A DNA stretch of 64,000 bases from a bacterium (GTDB taxonomy: Bacteria > JADJOY01), in the NCBI GenBank assembly GCA_046331705.1, contig JAXLQJ010000002.1:78370-142369 (forward strand). Direction: 5' to 3'. Position numbers and translations under genes: made by a program. The notes below the pieces were generated by a model. The model searched no databases. It was not told the origin of the DNA and saw nothing but the letters and a program-made list of their open reading frames with translations. Shown here piece by piece: positions 19,468-29,449 of the stretch; the stretch's first letter is position 1; each line of letters begins with the position of its first letter.

Positions 19468-20643
19468 TCACAGCCGCACGCAGCGCACGCCGTCCTTCTC
19501 CATCTCGACGACGCACAGGTTGCACGGCACGCAGCGCGATTCGGTGGCGAGCCCAGCCTGGAAGCGCTTGGGCAGATCGGGCTCGGCGATGAGCGCCCGG
19601 CCCATCGACACCAGCTCGAAGCCCGCGCTCATCGCACGGCCGATCCCGGCGACGGTCTTGACGCCGCCCAGCAACGCCACCGGGATGCGCACCGCGTCGG
19701 CGACGCGCTTGGCGCCCTCGAAGAAGAAATTCTCGTGGAACGGATACTCCTTCACCACGATGCGCCCGAAGAGCTTGAGCCCCACGCGCCTGAGCGCGCC
19801 AGACTGCACGGCGACCATCTCGTTCACCGGCACCGTGCCACGCAGCATGTAGAACGGCGTACGGCTCACGAAGCCGCCGCTCGGCACCAGCGCATCGGCG
19901 CCGGCGGCTTCCAGCGCACGCGCCACCACGACGGCGTCGTCGTGGGTGACCCCGCCGCGAAAGCCGTCGTCGAGGTTCATCTTCACGAGCACCGCGGCGC
20001 GACCGCCGACCGCGGCCCGCACGCGCTTCACGATCTCCGCCGGCAATCGCACGCGCTTCTCGAGCGTGCCTCCCCAGTCATCGCGACGGCGGTTGGTGAA
20101 GGCGCTCACGAACTGGCTCAAGAGATAACCGTGGCCCACGTGGATCTCGACGGCGTCGAAGCCGGCCTCGACGGCGCGGCGCGCGGCCGTCACGAAATCC
20201 TCGACGATGCGCGCGATGTCGCCCTCGGTCATCGCGCGGCACACGCTCATCCCGTAGAGGTTGAGGGCCCGCGACGCGCCCATCGGACGCCCGCCGATCA
20301 CGTGCTTGTCGGCGAAGTAACCGGCGTGGCCGAGCTGGATGGCCGCCAGCCCACCTTCGCCGTGGACCGCGTCGGTCAGCCGCCGCAGCGGAGCCACGAT
20401 CTCGGGACGCATCCACAGCTGGTGCTCGAAGGTGAGACCGTCGTGCGCCACCGCGCAATACGCCACCGTGGTCATCGCGGTGCCGCCCGCGGCGATGCCG
20501 CGGTGGTGCTCGACGAGCTTCTCGGATGGAACGCCGTTCGGGGACATGCCCTCGAAGGTCGCCGTCTTGATGAAGCGGTTGCGAAGCCGAAGCGGCCCCA
20601 GCGAGGTCGGGGTGAAGGCCTTTTCCACGTCTCCGAGCGTCAT
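19468..20643 (-). CDS. NADH:flavin oxidoreductase, Old Yellow Enzyme family
   Basis: FIKTATFEGM, AAIQLGHAGY and EIHVGHGYLLSQF motifs typical of OYE-type TIM-barrel flavoenzymes. Confidence 0.85.
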   Translation of the reverse strand: MTLGDVEKAFTPTSLGPLRLRNRFIKTATFEGMSPNGVPSEKLVEHHRGIAAGGTAMTTVAYCAVAHDGLTFEHQLWMRPEIVAPLRRLTDAVHGEGGLAAIQLGHAGYFADKHVIGGRPMGASRALNLYGMSVCRAMTEGDIARIVEDFVTAARRAVEAGFDAVEIHVGHGYLLSQFVSAFTNRRRDDWGGTLEKRVRLPAEIVKRVRAAVGGRAAVLVKMNLDDGFRGGVTHDDAVVVARALEAAGADALVPSGGFVSRTPFYMLRGTVPVNEMVAVQSGALRRVGLKLFGRIVVKEYPFHENFFFEGAKRVADAVRIPVALLGGVKTVAGIGRAMSAGFELVSMGRALIAEPDLPKRFQAGLATESRCVPCNLCVVEMEKDGVRCVRL

Positions 20644-20868
20644 GCACCGCAGCGTGCCACGCGATCCGAGTGCGCGGCGAGGCGGCTGGCGGACGCGGGC
20701 GGCCGCCGCGCGCGCGCCGTCGCGCCTCGGTCCGGGCGGGCGCGGTGCGGGCGGGGTGCGCAGGCTACCCGCGCAACCCGGTGCCGCGCGGGGCGGCGAG
20801 TGCTATAGATTCGCGCTTCCCCGGGCGGTGCAAGGGCCCCCCGGGCGAGCCCCGACCAGGACCGAGCC

Positions 20869-21654
20869 ATGAACTATCGGACGATTCGCTACGAGACCGC
20901 CGACCAGGTGGCGACCATCACGCTCAACCGCCCGGAGTCGCGCAACGCCATCAGCCCGCTGATGATCAACGAGATCATCCACGCGCTCGAGTGCGCGCGG
21001 GCGGACGACGAAGTGCGCGTCATCGTCATCACCGGGGCCGGCAAGGGATTCAGCGCCGGCGGTGACCTCGGGATGATGGGCGGCGGCGGCAACGACGGCG
21101 ACGGCGAGACGGTCGAGATCAAGCACGGCTTCCCGGCGCTCAATCTCGCGTTCGCGCGGAACTCGAAGCCCACGATCGCCAAGGTGAACGGCCACGCCAT
21201 GGCCGGCGGTCTCGGGCTCATGGTGGCGTGCGATTTCGCGATCGCCTCCGACAAGGCCGAGTTCGCGACCCCCGAGATCAACGTCGGCCTCTTTCCGATG
21301 ATGATCATGGCCAACATCTTCCGCAACGTGCCGCGCAAGCGCGGCCTCGAGCTGGTGCTGCTCGGCGAGCGCATCGACGCGCGCGAGGCGGAGCGGATCG
21401 GTCTCATCACCCGCGCGGTGCCCGCCGCCGAGCTGGACACCGCGGTCGACGCGCTGGCCGCGAAGCTCAAGGCCAAGAGCCCGGCGATCCTGCGCCTCGG
21501 CCTCGAGGCCTTCTACGCGCAACAAGACATGGCGCTCGAGGAAGCGCTGCCCTACCTCGAGCAGATGCTGGGGCGTTGCTTCGAGACCGAGGATTTTCGC
21601 GAGGGCGTCGCCGCATTCCTGGAGAAGCGCCCACCGCGATGGAAGGGGAAGTGA
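20869..21654 (+). CDS. enoyl-CoA hydratase/isomerase (crotonase) family protein
   Basis: ITLNRPESRNAI, GAGKGFSAGGDL and KPTIAKVNGHAMAGG crotonase signatures. Confidence 0.85.
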   Translation: MNYRTIRYETADQVATITLNRPESRNAISPLMINEIIHALECARADDEVRVIVITGAGKGFSAGGDLGMMGGGGNDGDGETVEIKHGFPALNLAFARNSKPTIAKVNGHAMAGGLGLMVACDFAIASDKAEFATPEINVGLFPMMIMANIFRNVPRKRGLELVLLGERIDAREAERIGLITRAVPAAELDTAVDALAAKLKAKSPAILRLGLEAFYAQQDMALEEALPYLEQMLGRCFETEDFREGVAAFLEKRPPRWKGK

Positions 21655-21658
21655 CCGC

Positions 21659-22642
21659 ATGCGCTACGACGTCTTCGGTGTCGGCAACGCGATCGTCGAC
21701 TTGCAGCTCAAGATCGACGATCAGTTCCTCGATCACATCCGCGTCGCCAAGGGATTGATGACCCTGGTCGACGCCGATCGTCAGGTGGAGATCCTGGGCA
21801 CGCTCGCCGACCGCTCGGTCTCGCGTTGCTCGGGCGGCTCGGCGTGCAACACGGTCGTGGGTGTCGCGCACATGGGCGGGACCGGCGCCTACGCGTGCAA
21901 GACCGGCAACGACGATCTCGGCGAGTTCTACGTGAGCGACCTGAGGCACCTCGGGATCGCGGTGCCCGTGCCCGCCGCCGAGGGCATCACCGGAACCTCC
22001 GTCATCCTCATCACTCCCGATGCACAGCGCACCATGCTCACGCATCTGGGCATCTCGTCGAAGCTGGACCCCGCGGACCTGCCCGCGGACGAGATCGCGC
22101 AGGCCGAGTACCTCTACGTCGAGGGCTATCTCTTCCCCGGCGAGGAGACCCGCGCCGCGGCGCTCAAGGCCATCGAGATCGCCAAGGCGCGCGGCGTGAA
22201 GGTGGCGCTCACGCTCTCGGACGCGTGGGTGATCGGCACCTGCCGCACGCTCTTCTGGGAGCTGATCCGCGGCCCGGTGGACCTCCTCTTCGCGAACAAG
22301 GAAGAAGCGCACGCCTTGGTGGGCACGGACGATCCCATCGAGTGCGCGCGCACCATCCATCGCCACGCCACCAACGTGGCGCTCACGCTGGGCGTCGATG
22401 GCTCGCTGCTCATGCACGGCAACGAGGTCTTCCCGATCGAGGGCGTCCACACCCAGGCCGTCGACACCACCGGCGCCGGCGACATGTACGCTGCGGGTGT
22501 CCTCTACGGGCTCACCCACGGCTTGAGCTGGCAGCAGGCGGGGCGGCTCGGCTCCCATGCCGCCGCCAAGGTCGTCGGCCAGATGGGCGCGCGGCTGCCG
22601 CGCGCCTTCACCGCCGACGAGATCCGCGCGATGGCGGGCTGA
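21659..22642 (+). CDS. PfkB-family carbohydrate/adenosine kinase
   Basis: N-terminal GVGNAIVD and C-terminal DTTGAGDMYAAG anion-hole motif. Confidence 0.8.
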   Translation: MRYDVFGVGNAIVDLQLKIDDQFLDHIRVAKGLMTLVDADRQVEILGTLADRSVSRCSGGSACNTVVGVAHMGGTGAYACKTGNDDLGEFYVSDLRHLGIAVPVPAAEGITGTSVILITPDAQRTMLTHLGISSKLDPADLPADEIAQAEYLYVEGYLFPGEETRAAALKAIEIAKARGVKVALTLSDAWVIGTCRTLFWELIRGPVDLLFANKEEAHALVGTDDPIECARTIHRHATNVALTLGVDGSLLMHGNEVFPIEGVHTQAVDTTGAGDMYAAGVLYGLTHGLSWQQAGRLGSHAAAKVVGQMGARLPRAFTADEIRAMAG

Positions 22643-22685
22643 GCGCGTCACTCGCGATCGGCCAGAAAAGGAAAGGAAGACCCTC

Positions 22686-23276
22686 ATGACGACCCTGAAG
22701 GAGCTGCTCGCCAACCCGGGCGTGCGGCTCGCCGAAGTCACGAAGCACCTCGACGGTCTGAGCCGTTCGGAGCGCATCCTCGAGTGCATGACCCTCGACC
22801 GCCGCGCCCAGGAGCGTCTCTGGCAGATCGCCGAGCACAGCCAGCCGCTGGACCTCGACTACCTCCTGCCGTCCAGCGCCGAGCCGCTCGATCCCTACCC
22901 GTTCGAGGGCAAGAACTCGCTGCCGGTGTTCACCCGCTTCCAGAAGGTCTTCTACAAGACGCAGGAAGGAACGATCGGCGGCTACAACAACTCGAGCGTC
23001 GGGCCGGTGGTCGGCCCCGGGTACTACGTGACCCATCTGTGGGACGCTCGCCCCGGCGAGCTGGCGGTCGATTACCTGCAGGTGCCGAAGTCCAAGCCCG
23101 CGGCGTGGCCGCCCATCAAGCCGAACGACGTGGGCGTGAGCCAGTTCGTCTATGGTGGCATGGTCGATTTCCTGCGCTGGGTCAGCGACGACGTCGTGAT
23201 CGGACGCGCCTACAAGAAGGGCCAAGACCCCATGCCCAACTGGTTCGTGTTGTGCCGAACCCGGCCACGCGCCTGA
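22686..23276 (+). CDS. hypothetical protein (196 aa), paralogous to the next gene
   Basis: Tail of ORF 22557..23276 from ATG 22686 (MTTLKELLANPG); shares FxKxFYK and aromatic/Gly-rich segments with the downstream protein. Confidence 0.55.
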   Translation: MTTLKELLANPGVRLAEVTKHLDGLSRSERILECMTLDRRAQERLWQIAEHSQPLDLDYLLPSSAEPLDPYPFEGKNSLPVFTRFQKVFYKTQEGTIGGYNNSSVGPVVGPGYYVTHLWDARPGELAVDYLQVPKSKPAAWPPIKPNDVGVSQFVYGGMVDFLRWVSDDVVIGRAYKKGQDPMPNWFVLCRTRPRA

Positions 23277-23286
23277 GGAACTCACC

Positions 23287-23847
23287 GTGCGGATCGCCGC
23301 GCAACAGCTCGTACGTCTGCCCGAGGTAGAGCTCGATCTGCGCATGCGCGGGGGACGCGCGCCGCGCATCGAGGCGCTCGTGGGCTGGGAGTTCCGGGGC
23401 TTCAACGTCCCCGCCGTGACCGGGCTCTTGGGCTTCCAGAAGTTCAAGAAGGGCTTCTACCTGCGCCCCGACGAGAGCGCCGGCGCGGGGTGCTGCCACG
23501 GCTACAACGTGCTGGTGGCGCAAAACGAGCTCCACGAGCCCTGGCTCGCGAAGCCGTCGGAAGGGATGCCCAAGCGACACGGCTTCTACGACGTGGCGCC
23601 GGTGTCCGCGAGCGCTCGGCACCGGCTCTACCCCAACGCGCTCTTGATCGACTACGGGGTGCGCGAGAACAGCCGGGTCAACCCCGAGCGGCTGATCCGC
23701 GACTACCTGGTCCAGCCCGATCCCAGCGATCCCGACGTGCTGCTCGGCTTCGCCACCATCGCGCTGGGCTTCACCACCGTCCGGTTCGGCTTCTTCGTCC
23801 TCGATCGCGACCAGCCACCCGTCGGATTCACGCCGCCGAGTCGCTAG
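23287..23847 (+). CDS. hypothetical protein (186 aa), paralog of the upstream gene
   Basis: GTG start; FQKFKKGFYLRPDE, HEPWLAKP and IDYGVRE segments align by eye with the upstream protein. Confidence 0.5.
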   Translation: MRIAAQQLVRLPEVELDLRMRGGRAPRIEALVGWEFRGFNVPAVTGLLGFQKFKKGFYLRPDESAGAGCCHGYNVLVAQNELHEPWLAKPSEGMPKRHGFYDVAPVSASARHRLYPNALLIDYGVRENSRVNPERLIRDYLVQPDPSDPDVLLGFATIALGFTTVRFGFFVLDRDQPPVGFTPPSR

Positions 23848-23942
23848 AAGCCGGTTGCGCGTCGTGCTTCGCGCCGCGCCAGGCTCCTCACACCACGTCC
23901 TCTCGGGGCTCTCGACAGACCCCCGACCCGCGCGGCGCTGCC

Positions 23943-24545
23943 TCACCGGATCGGCGGCCTGGAACCGCTGGAACCGTCCTCCGCGCAAACCCAGCGCTCG
24001 TTGGTGAGCGACGTGAGCACGTGGTCGCGCCACGCGCCGCCGATCCTCAGATAGTCCCGCGCGTAGCCCTCGACCACGAAGCCGAGCCGTCGCAACAGCC
24101 GACCGCTGCGCTCGTTGGTCGGCTGGTGGTTCGCCATGACGCGGTGGAGCCTCATCTCCTCGAAGACGTAGGCGATCGCGGCGGTGAGCGCCTCCGCCAT
24201 CAAGCCCTGCCCCTCGCAAGCTCCATCGAGCTTGTAGCCGAGATGGCACGCCTGGAACGCTCCCCGCACCACGTTCGAGAACTGGATCTCGGCGAGCACC
24301 GGCCCGCGCGGATCCTCCCGCGCCACCGCCACCAGCACCAGACCGCGGTCCTCGTGGTGGTCGCGCTCGGCGCTCGTGACCCGGCGCGCCACCGCCTCCG
24401 CCAGCGAGCCCTGGTGCGGCGGCGGGCTGAAGCGCGCGAAGTGCTCCGCGTTGCGCTCGTTGAACGCCAGCACGCGCTCGAGGTCGGCGGGCTTGGGCAC
24501 GAACAGCACGAGCCGCGCGGTGGTGAGGGTCGGCGGTCGGTTCAC
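23943..24545 (-). CDS. GNAT family N-acetyltransferase
   Basis: ARLVLFVP...RGLVLVAV...RRLGFVVEGY acetyltransferase fold pattern; ORF 23943..24833 trimmed to GTG at 24545. Confidence 0.7.
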   Translation of the reverse strand: MNRPPTLTTARLVLFVPKPADLERVLAFNERNAEHFARFSPPPHQGSLAEAVARRVTSAERDHHEDRGLVLVAVAREDPRGPVLAEIQFSNVVRGAFQACHLGYKLDGACEGQGLMAEALTAAIAYVFEEMRLHRVMANHQPTNERSGRLLRRLGFVVEGYARDYLRIGGAWRDHVLTSLTNERWVCAEDGSSGSRPPIR

Positions 24546-24931
24546 GCCGCGGCGCCCTTTCGAAGGTGCTCGCTCACGAGCATCGAGAGCGCGCCGAAAC
24601 CGAGCAGATTCAGCCCCGGGACGAAGAGGACGATCGCCCACAGCAGCGTGGCGCGCGAGCCGAGCGCGCGGGCCACCCGAACCCCGGCACCCAGACCGGC
24701 GAGCGCGAACATCATCGAGACCGCCGCCAGCGCCCCCGCAGCGAGGCGCGGCTCGACGGCGTCGAACAGGGGCGCCGGGCTGCGAAAGGCGAGCACGGCC
24801 GCGATCGCGAAGAGCCACTGGAGCGCGAACCACGCGGCGAGCTTGCGGTGCTCGGAGCGCACGTTCGCGACGGCGTCGGCGCGCTGCGACGCGCGGCGGC
24901 GCTCGAGCTTGCGGGTCAGCTCCTCGTTCAC
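24542..24931 (-). CDS. small hypothetical membrane protein
   Basis: Three hydrophobic stretches; 4-nt overlaps with both neighbouring minus-strand genes suggest coupling; start uncertain. Confidence 0.35.
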   Translation of the reverse strand: MNEELTRKLERRRASQRADAVANVRSEHRKLAAWFALQWLFAIAAVLAFRSPAPLFDAVEPRLAAGALAAVSMMFALAGLGAGVRVARALGSRATLLWAIVLFVPGLNLLGFGALSMLVSEHLRKGAAA

Positions 24932-25434
24932 CGTCGCCGCGCCTTCTTGAGCGGCTTCGCCAGGTGCCGGAACTCGTCGACGACGCGCTGGTAGACGGCG
25001 CGCTTGAACGGCACGATCAAGGCCGGCACGTCGTCGATCGGCACCCATTTCCAGGCGGCGAACTCGGGATGATCGGTCTCGAGATCGATGTCCGAATCAC
25101 CGCCGGTGAAGCGCATCGCGAACCACTTCTGACGCTGACCGCGATAGCGACCGCTCCACACCTTGCCGAGGAGCTTGTCGGGCAGGTCGTAGTCGTACCA
25201 GCTCGCCGACTCGCCGAGGAACTCGGCGGCGTCGGTGCCGATCTCCTCGACCAGCTCGCGCAACGCCGCGGCGCAAGGCTCTTCGCCCTCGTCGATGCCA
25301 CCCTGGGGGAATTGCCAAGCGGGCGTGTTCTGGTCGATGCGCCGGCCGACGAAGACCCGTCCCGCGCGGTTGATCAGCACCACGCCGACACACAGTCGGT
25401 AGGGGAGGCTCTCTCGTTCGATCGACCTTCGCAT
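24928..25434 (-). CDS. NUDIX hydrolase (RppH/Ap4A hydrolase-like)
   Basis: Nudix box [22 protein letters not shown]. Confidence 0.75.
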   Translation of the reverse strand: MRRSIERESLPYRLCVGVVLINRAGRVFVGRRIDQNTPAWQFPQGGIDEGEEPCAAALRELVEEIGTDAAEFLGESASWYDYDLPDKLLGKVWSGRYRGQRQKWFAMRFTGGDSDIDLETDHPEFAAWKWVPIDDVPALIVPFKRAVYQRVVDEFRHLAKPLKKARRR

Positions 25435-25533
25435 CGCTCGCCCTCCGCATCGGCGGCGCACCTCGAACCGCGCCCGGGCCTCGCATGTATCCTACTCGCG
25501 CGCGACCCGTCGATCGTCGCCGCGAGCAACCCC

Positions 25534-26403
25534 ATGGACATGACCCTGAGCCTGCCCCGGCGCTTCGAGCGCGCCTACCCGCCCACCCTCCCCGCCGCTG
25601 GCGCGGCTCGTTGGCTGGTGTTTCGCGGCGAGGAGCTGGTGGTGAGCGAGTGCGGCACCACCGTCGAGCTGCTCACGGGCGACGCGCTCGGCTGCGGTCT
25701 CGGCGCCGAGGTCCGCGAGATCGTCCACCTGGGGCGCCTCGACGGCGTGAGCTGCCTCGCGGGCAGCGTCCCCGGCGATGCGCACCTCGACGAGGGCCTG
25801 CGGACGATGGACCTGCGCACCCTCTTCGAGCATCTGCCCGCGGACCTCTACGCGGTCGCCGGCTACGCCTACCAGCTGGTGCGCTGGCAGCGAGCGAGCC
25901 GCTTCTGCGCCTTCTGCGGCGCCGCGACCGGCCCGGTGGAGGGCGAGTGGGGGCGGCGCTGCGGCGGCTGCAACCACGTGACCTACCCGCACGTCAGCCC
26001 GTGCGTGATCGTGCTGATCCACGACGGGGGCGATCGGTTGCTGCTCGCGCATCGGCGCGGCCGCGGCGCGATGCGCAGCTTGATCGCGGGCTTTCTGGAG
26101 CCGAGCGAGAGCCTGGAAGAGGCGCTCCGGCGCGAGGTGCGCGAGGAAGTCGGGCTCGAGATCGACGACATCCGCTACTTCGCGAGCCAGCCGTGGCCGT
26201 TCCCGCACCAGCTGATGGTGGGGTTCTTCGCGCGGCACGCGGGCGGCGAGGTGCGGCCGGACGGCGACGAGCTCGACGAGGCGCGCTGGTACGACGTCGA
26301 CGATCTGCCGACGCTTCCCGGTCCGATCAGCATCGCGCGCCGGCTCATCGACGCGTTCGTGACCGACCGGATCGCGCTCCGCTCGGCTGGACGGAACGAC
26401 TAG
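25534..26403 (+). CDS. nudC: NAD+ diphosphatase (NudC-type NUDIX hydrolase with zinc ribbon)
   Basis: CAFCGAATGP...CGGCNHVTYP zinc ribbon followed by Nudix box GFLEPSESLEEALRREVREEVG; tail of track ORF 24376..26403 from ATG 25534. Confidence 0.8.
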   Translation: MDMTLSLPRRFERAYPPTLPAAGAARWLVFRGEELVVSECGTTVELLTGDALGCGLGAEVREIVHLGRLDGVSCLAGSVPGDAHLDEGLRTMDLRTLFEHLPADLYAVAGYAYQLVRWQRASRFCAFCGAATGPVEGEWGRRCGGCNHVTYPHVSPCVIVLIHDGGDRLLLAHRRGRGAMRSLIAGFLEPSESLEEALRREVREEVGLEIDDIRYFASQPWPFPHQLMVGFFARHAGGEVRPDGDELDEARWYDVDDLPTLPGPISIARRLIDAFVTDRIALRSAGRND

Positions 26404-26489
26404 AACGCGTTTCAATCCGCCGCCGTCACCGCGCCGGAGCCGGGCTCGCCGCCGGGCGCCCCGAGGCGCGTGCCCCCCGAGGTCCACTC

Positions 26490-27479
26490 ATGAAGGTCGC
26501 CGTCACCGGCGCCGCCGGACACGTCGGCGGCAACCTGGTCCGGGCGCTCCTCGAGCGTCGCCACCAGGTGCGCGCGATCGTGTACCAGGACACCCGCGCC
26601 GTCGACGGCCTCGCCGTCGAGCGCGTGCCCGCGGACGTGCTCGACGCCGACCAGGTGCAGCGCGCCTTCGAGGGAGTCGACTGGGTCTTCCACCTCGCCG
26701 CCAAGGTCTCGATCGAGGGCGACCCCGACGGCTCGGTGCACCGCACCAACGTGCTCGGCACACGCCACGTGGTCGAGGCCTGCCTGGCGCGCGGCGTGAA
26801 GCGCCTGGTCCACTTCAGCTCGGTCCACGCGCTGCGCAACGATCCGTACGACGTGCCGATGGACGAAGGGCGCCCGCTCGCCGACGAAGGACATGCCTTC
26901 GCCTACGATCTCTCGAAGGCCGGTTCGGAACGCGAGGTCCAGGCGGGCATCAAGCGCGGCCTCGACGCCGTGATCGTGAATCCCACCGCCATCCTCGGCC
27001 CCAGCGACTTCAAGCCGTCGCGCATGGGTCAGGTGCTCGTCGATCTCCACTTCCGGCGCTTACCGGCGCTGGTGGCCGGCGGCTTCGACTTCGTGGACGT
27101 GCGCGACGTCGCCGAGGGCGCCATCGCCGCCGCCGAGAGAGGCCGCACCGGCGAGCGCTACCTGCTCGGCAACGAGTACCGGCCGGTGCGCGAGCTCGCC
27201 GGGCTCTGCCGCGACGTCGCCGGCATCCGACCGCCGCGCTTCACGTCGCCGCTTTGGCTCGCCAGGGCCGGAGCGCCGTTCGCCGTCGCGTGGGCCAAGG
27301 TCTCCGGCACGCGCCCGCTCTTCACCGAGGAGTCCCTGCACGCGCTCGCGGGCAATCCCAACGTGAGTCACGAGAAGGCCACCCGCGAGCTCGGCTATCG
27401 ACCGCGCCCGCTCGCCACGAGCGTCGCCGACACCTACGGCTGGCTGCGCGAAGCCGGCCTGCTCGAAACCAAGACGTGA
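26490..27479 (+). CDS. NAD-dependent epimerase/dehydratase family protein (extended SDR, 3beta-HSD-like)
   Basis: MKVAVTGAAGHVGGNLV Rossmann start; YDLSK catalytic motif; tail of track ORF 25485..27479. Confidence 0.8.
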   Translation: MKVAVTGAAGHVGGNLVRALLERRHQVRAIVYQDTRAVDGLAVERVPADVLDADQVQRAFEGVDWVFHLAAKVSIEGDPDGSVHRTNVLGTRHVVEACLARGVKRLVHFSSVHALRNDPYDVPMDEGRPLADEGHAFAYDLSKAGSEREVQAGIKRGLDAVIVNPTAILGPSDFKPSRMGQVLVDLHFRRLPALVAGGFDFVDVRDVAEGAIAAAERGRTGERYLLGNEYRPVRELAGLCRDVAGIRPPRFTSPLWLARAGAPFAVAWAKVSGTRPLFTEESLHALAGNPNVSHEKATRELGYRPRPLATSVADTYGWLREAGLLETKT

Positions 27480-27486
27480 GGCATCG

Positions 27487-28248
27487 ATGACCGAGCATCA
27501 GCTCTACATGTGGGTGGTCTGGATCTGGCTCGGCCTCGCGGCGTTCACCTTCGTCTCGCTGTTCTTCTTCACCGCTCCCTACGGGCGCCATGCGCGCGCC
27601 GGCTGGGGGCCGATGATCGAGCGCACGGCCGCGTGGATGATCATGGAATCGCCGGTGGTCTTCCTGCCGCTGATCCTGTTCTTGGTGAGCGACCGGCGCG
27701 CGCTGGTGCCGTACGGGATCTTCCTGCTGATCTGGGAGTTTCACTACGTCCACCGCACCTTCGTGTTCCCGTTCCGGCTGCGCGGCGGCCAACCCCAGAT
27801 GCCGCTCTCGATCGTGGCGAGCGCGATCGTGTTCAACGTCGGCAACGCCTATCTGCAAGCGCGCTGGCTCTTCCACCTGCGCGAGCCCTATCCCGCCACT
27901 TGGCTGAGCGATCCGCGCTTCGCCATCGGCCTGGTGCTCTTCGCCGTCGGCTTCGCCATCAACTACCACTCCGACGGGATCACGCGGAATCTGCGCAAGC
28001 CCGGCGAGACCGGCTACAAGATCCCCTACGGTGGGTTCTTCCGCTGGGTGTCGGCGCCCAACTACCTGGGCGAGCTGATCGAGTGGACCGGCTGGGCGAT
28101 CCTCACGTGGTCGCGCGGCGGTGTGGTGTTCGTGATCTGGAGCGCCGCGAACCTGGTGCCGCGCGCGATCGCCAACCACCGCTGGTACCGCGAGAAGTTC
28201 CCGGACTACCCGCCCGAGCGTCGCGCCATCGTTCCCGGGCTGCTCTGA
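27487..28248 (+). CDS. 3-oxo-5-alpha-steroid 4-dehydrogenase (steroid 5-alpha-reductase / DUF1295) family membrane protein
   Basis: C-terminal GGFFRWVSAPNYLGELIEWTGWAI matches the SRD5A-family signature; multi-pass hydrophobic protein; starts 7 nt after the upstream stop. Confidence 0.8.
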   Translation: MTEHQLYMWVVWIWLGLAAFTFVSLFFFTAPYGRHARAGWGPMIERTAAWMIMESPVVFLPLILFLVSDRRALVPYGIFLLIWEFHYVHRTFVFPFRLRGGQPQMPLSIVASAIVFNVGNAYLQARWLFHLREPYPATWLSDPRFAIGLVLFAVGFAINYHSDGITRNLRKPGETGYKIPYGGFFRWVSAPNYLGELIEWTGWAILTWSRGGVVFVIWSAANLVPRAIANHRWYREKFPDYPPERRAIVPGLL

Positions 28249-28270
28249 ACGCTGCGCGCGCCGCGCGCGC

Positions 28271-29449
28271 TCATGCGCCGAAGATCGGCAGCGGGCCGGG
28301 GTCCTCGGCGAGCCGGCGCGTCAGGTAGTCGGCGGGCGGGATCTCCTCGAGCGCGAAGGTGATGCGGCGCGAGGTGACGTCCTCGGCGAGCGTGAGGTAG
28401 CCCTCGTCCGCGAGCGCGCACAGCATCCCGAAGACGTGGCTCGGGGTCGACACCGTGTGGCTGTGCGCCTGCGGCACGAGCGGGCTCAGATCCGCCGCCG
28501 TGAACGGCTCGCGGCGCGGCGCCGGGCCGTCGGCGTGCAGGAACTCGTTGCGCAAGATGCGGTAGAGCCCCTCGAAGTAGCGCTCGGCGAAGCGCACCCA
28601 GGCCATCGGCTCGACCACCGCGAAGCGGCCGTGCGGCGGCAGCACCACGCGCACGGCGAAGCGCTCGAAGAAGCGGCGGATTCGACGCAACGTGAGCAGA
28701 TAGCTCTCGAAGCCGCGCGAGTAGCCCTGCCCCATCACGGTGAAGATGGGCACCACGAAGTCGCGGCTCGCGGGCTCCTCGACGCGCCCGACGCAGATGA
28801 TGGTGTCGCCGGGGATCACCACGCCGCGCGCGGTGTCGAGGTAGAGCACGCAGTCGTTGGAATGCCCGGGGCTCGCGAGCGCGACGAACCCCGGCGGCAA
28901 CCGTCCCTCGTCGACGAAGCGCAGCGCCGCCTTGGGGGTGCGGGCGAAATACTGGGCATACGGCGCGCGGCGCGGATGCTCGAGCATCGCGGTGCCGGTG
29001 AAGGTCGAGAGGTCGATCAAGCCGAACTGGGCGCGGGCCTGGAAGATCAGGAAGGTCTCGTCGAAGTACGAGGCGGCCGGTTGGGTCAAGAAGCGGTAGC
29101 CCGCCGAGTGGACGTGGATGGGCGCGCGCTCGCCGGGCGCGCGGCCGAGGCCCGCGACGACACCCGCCATGCCGGCGTGATCGCCGTGGCAATGGGTCAC
29201 GAGCACGGCGTCGAGCTCGGCCACGTCGGCCTGCACCAGCGCGTTGGTCAGCTCCGCGACGATGTCGGGCCGCGCCGCGGGCGCCTCGAAGAGCAGCGCG
29301 CGAGCGCCATCGCGGATCAGCACGGGATTGATGCGGCGCGGCGACGGATAACCGCTCGCGACCGGGTGCACCGAGACCTCGGCGGCGAGGCCGAGGTCGG
29401 CGAGTGCCACGTCGAAGGGCACGAGGGCGCGGCGGGTCTCTTCGGACAC
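28271..29449 (-). CDS. MBL-fold metallo-hydrolase
   Basis: VLVTHCHGDHAG metal-binding motif (HxHxDH). Confidence 0.75.
   Translation of the reverse strand: MSEETRRALVPFDVALADLGLAAEVSVHPVASGYPSPRRINPVLIRDGARALLFEAPAARPDIVAELTNALVQADVAELDAVLVTHCHGDHAGMAGVVAGLGRAPGERAPIHVHSAGYRFLTQPAASYFDETFLIFQARAQFGLIDLSTFTGTAMLEHPRRAPYAQYFARTPKAALRFVDEGRLPPGFVALASPGHSNDCVLYLDTARGVVIPGDTIICVGRVEEPASRDFVVPIFTVMGQGYSRGFESYLLTLRRIRRFFERFAVRVVLPPHGRFAVVEPMAWVRFAERYFEGLYRILRNEFLHADGPAPRREPFTAADLSPLVPQAHSHTVSTPSHVFGMLCALADEGYLTLAEDVTSRRITFALEEIPPADYLTRRLAEDPGPLPIFGA

Noticed and set aside
16761-19592. 943-aa plus-strand ORF
   Set aside because: Shadow ORF across the minus-strand membrane-protein gene; only its start region coincides with the genuine sterol desaturase-family gene in a different frame.
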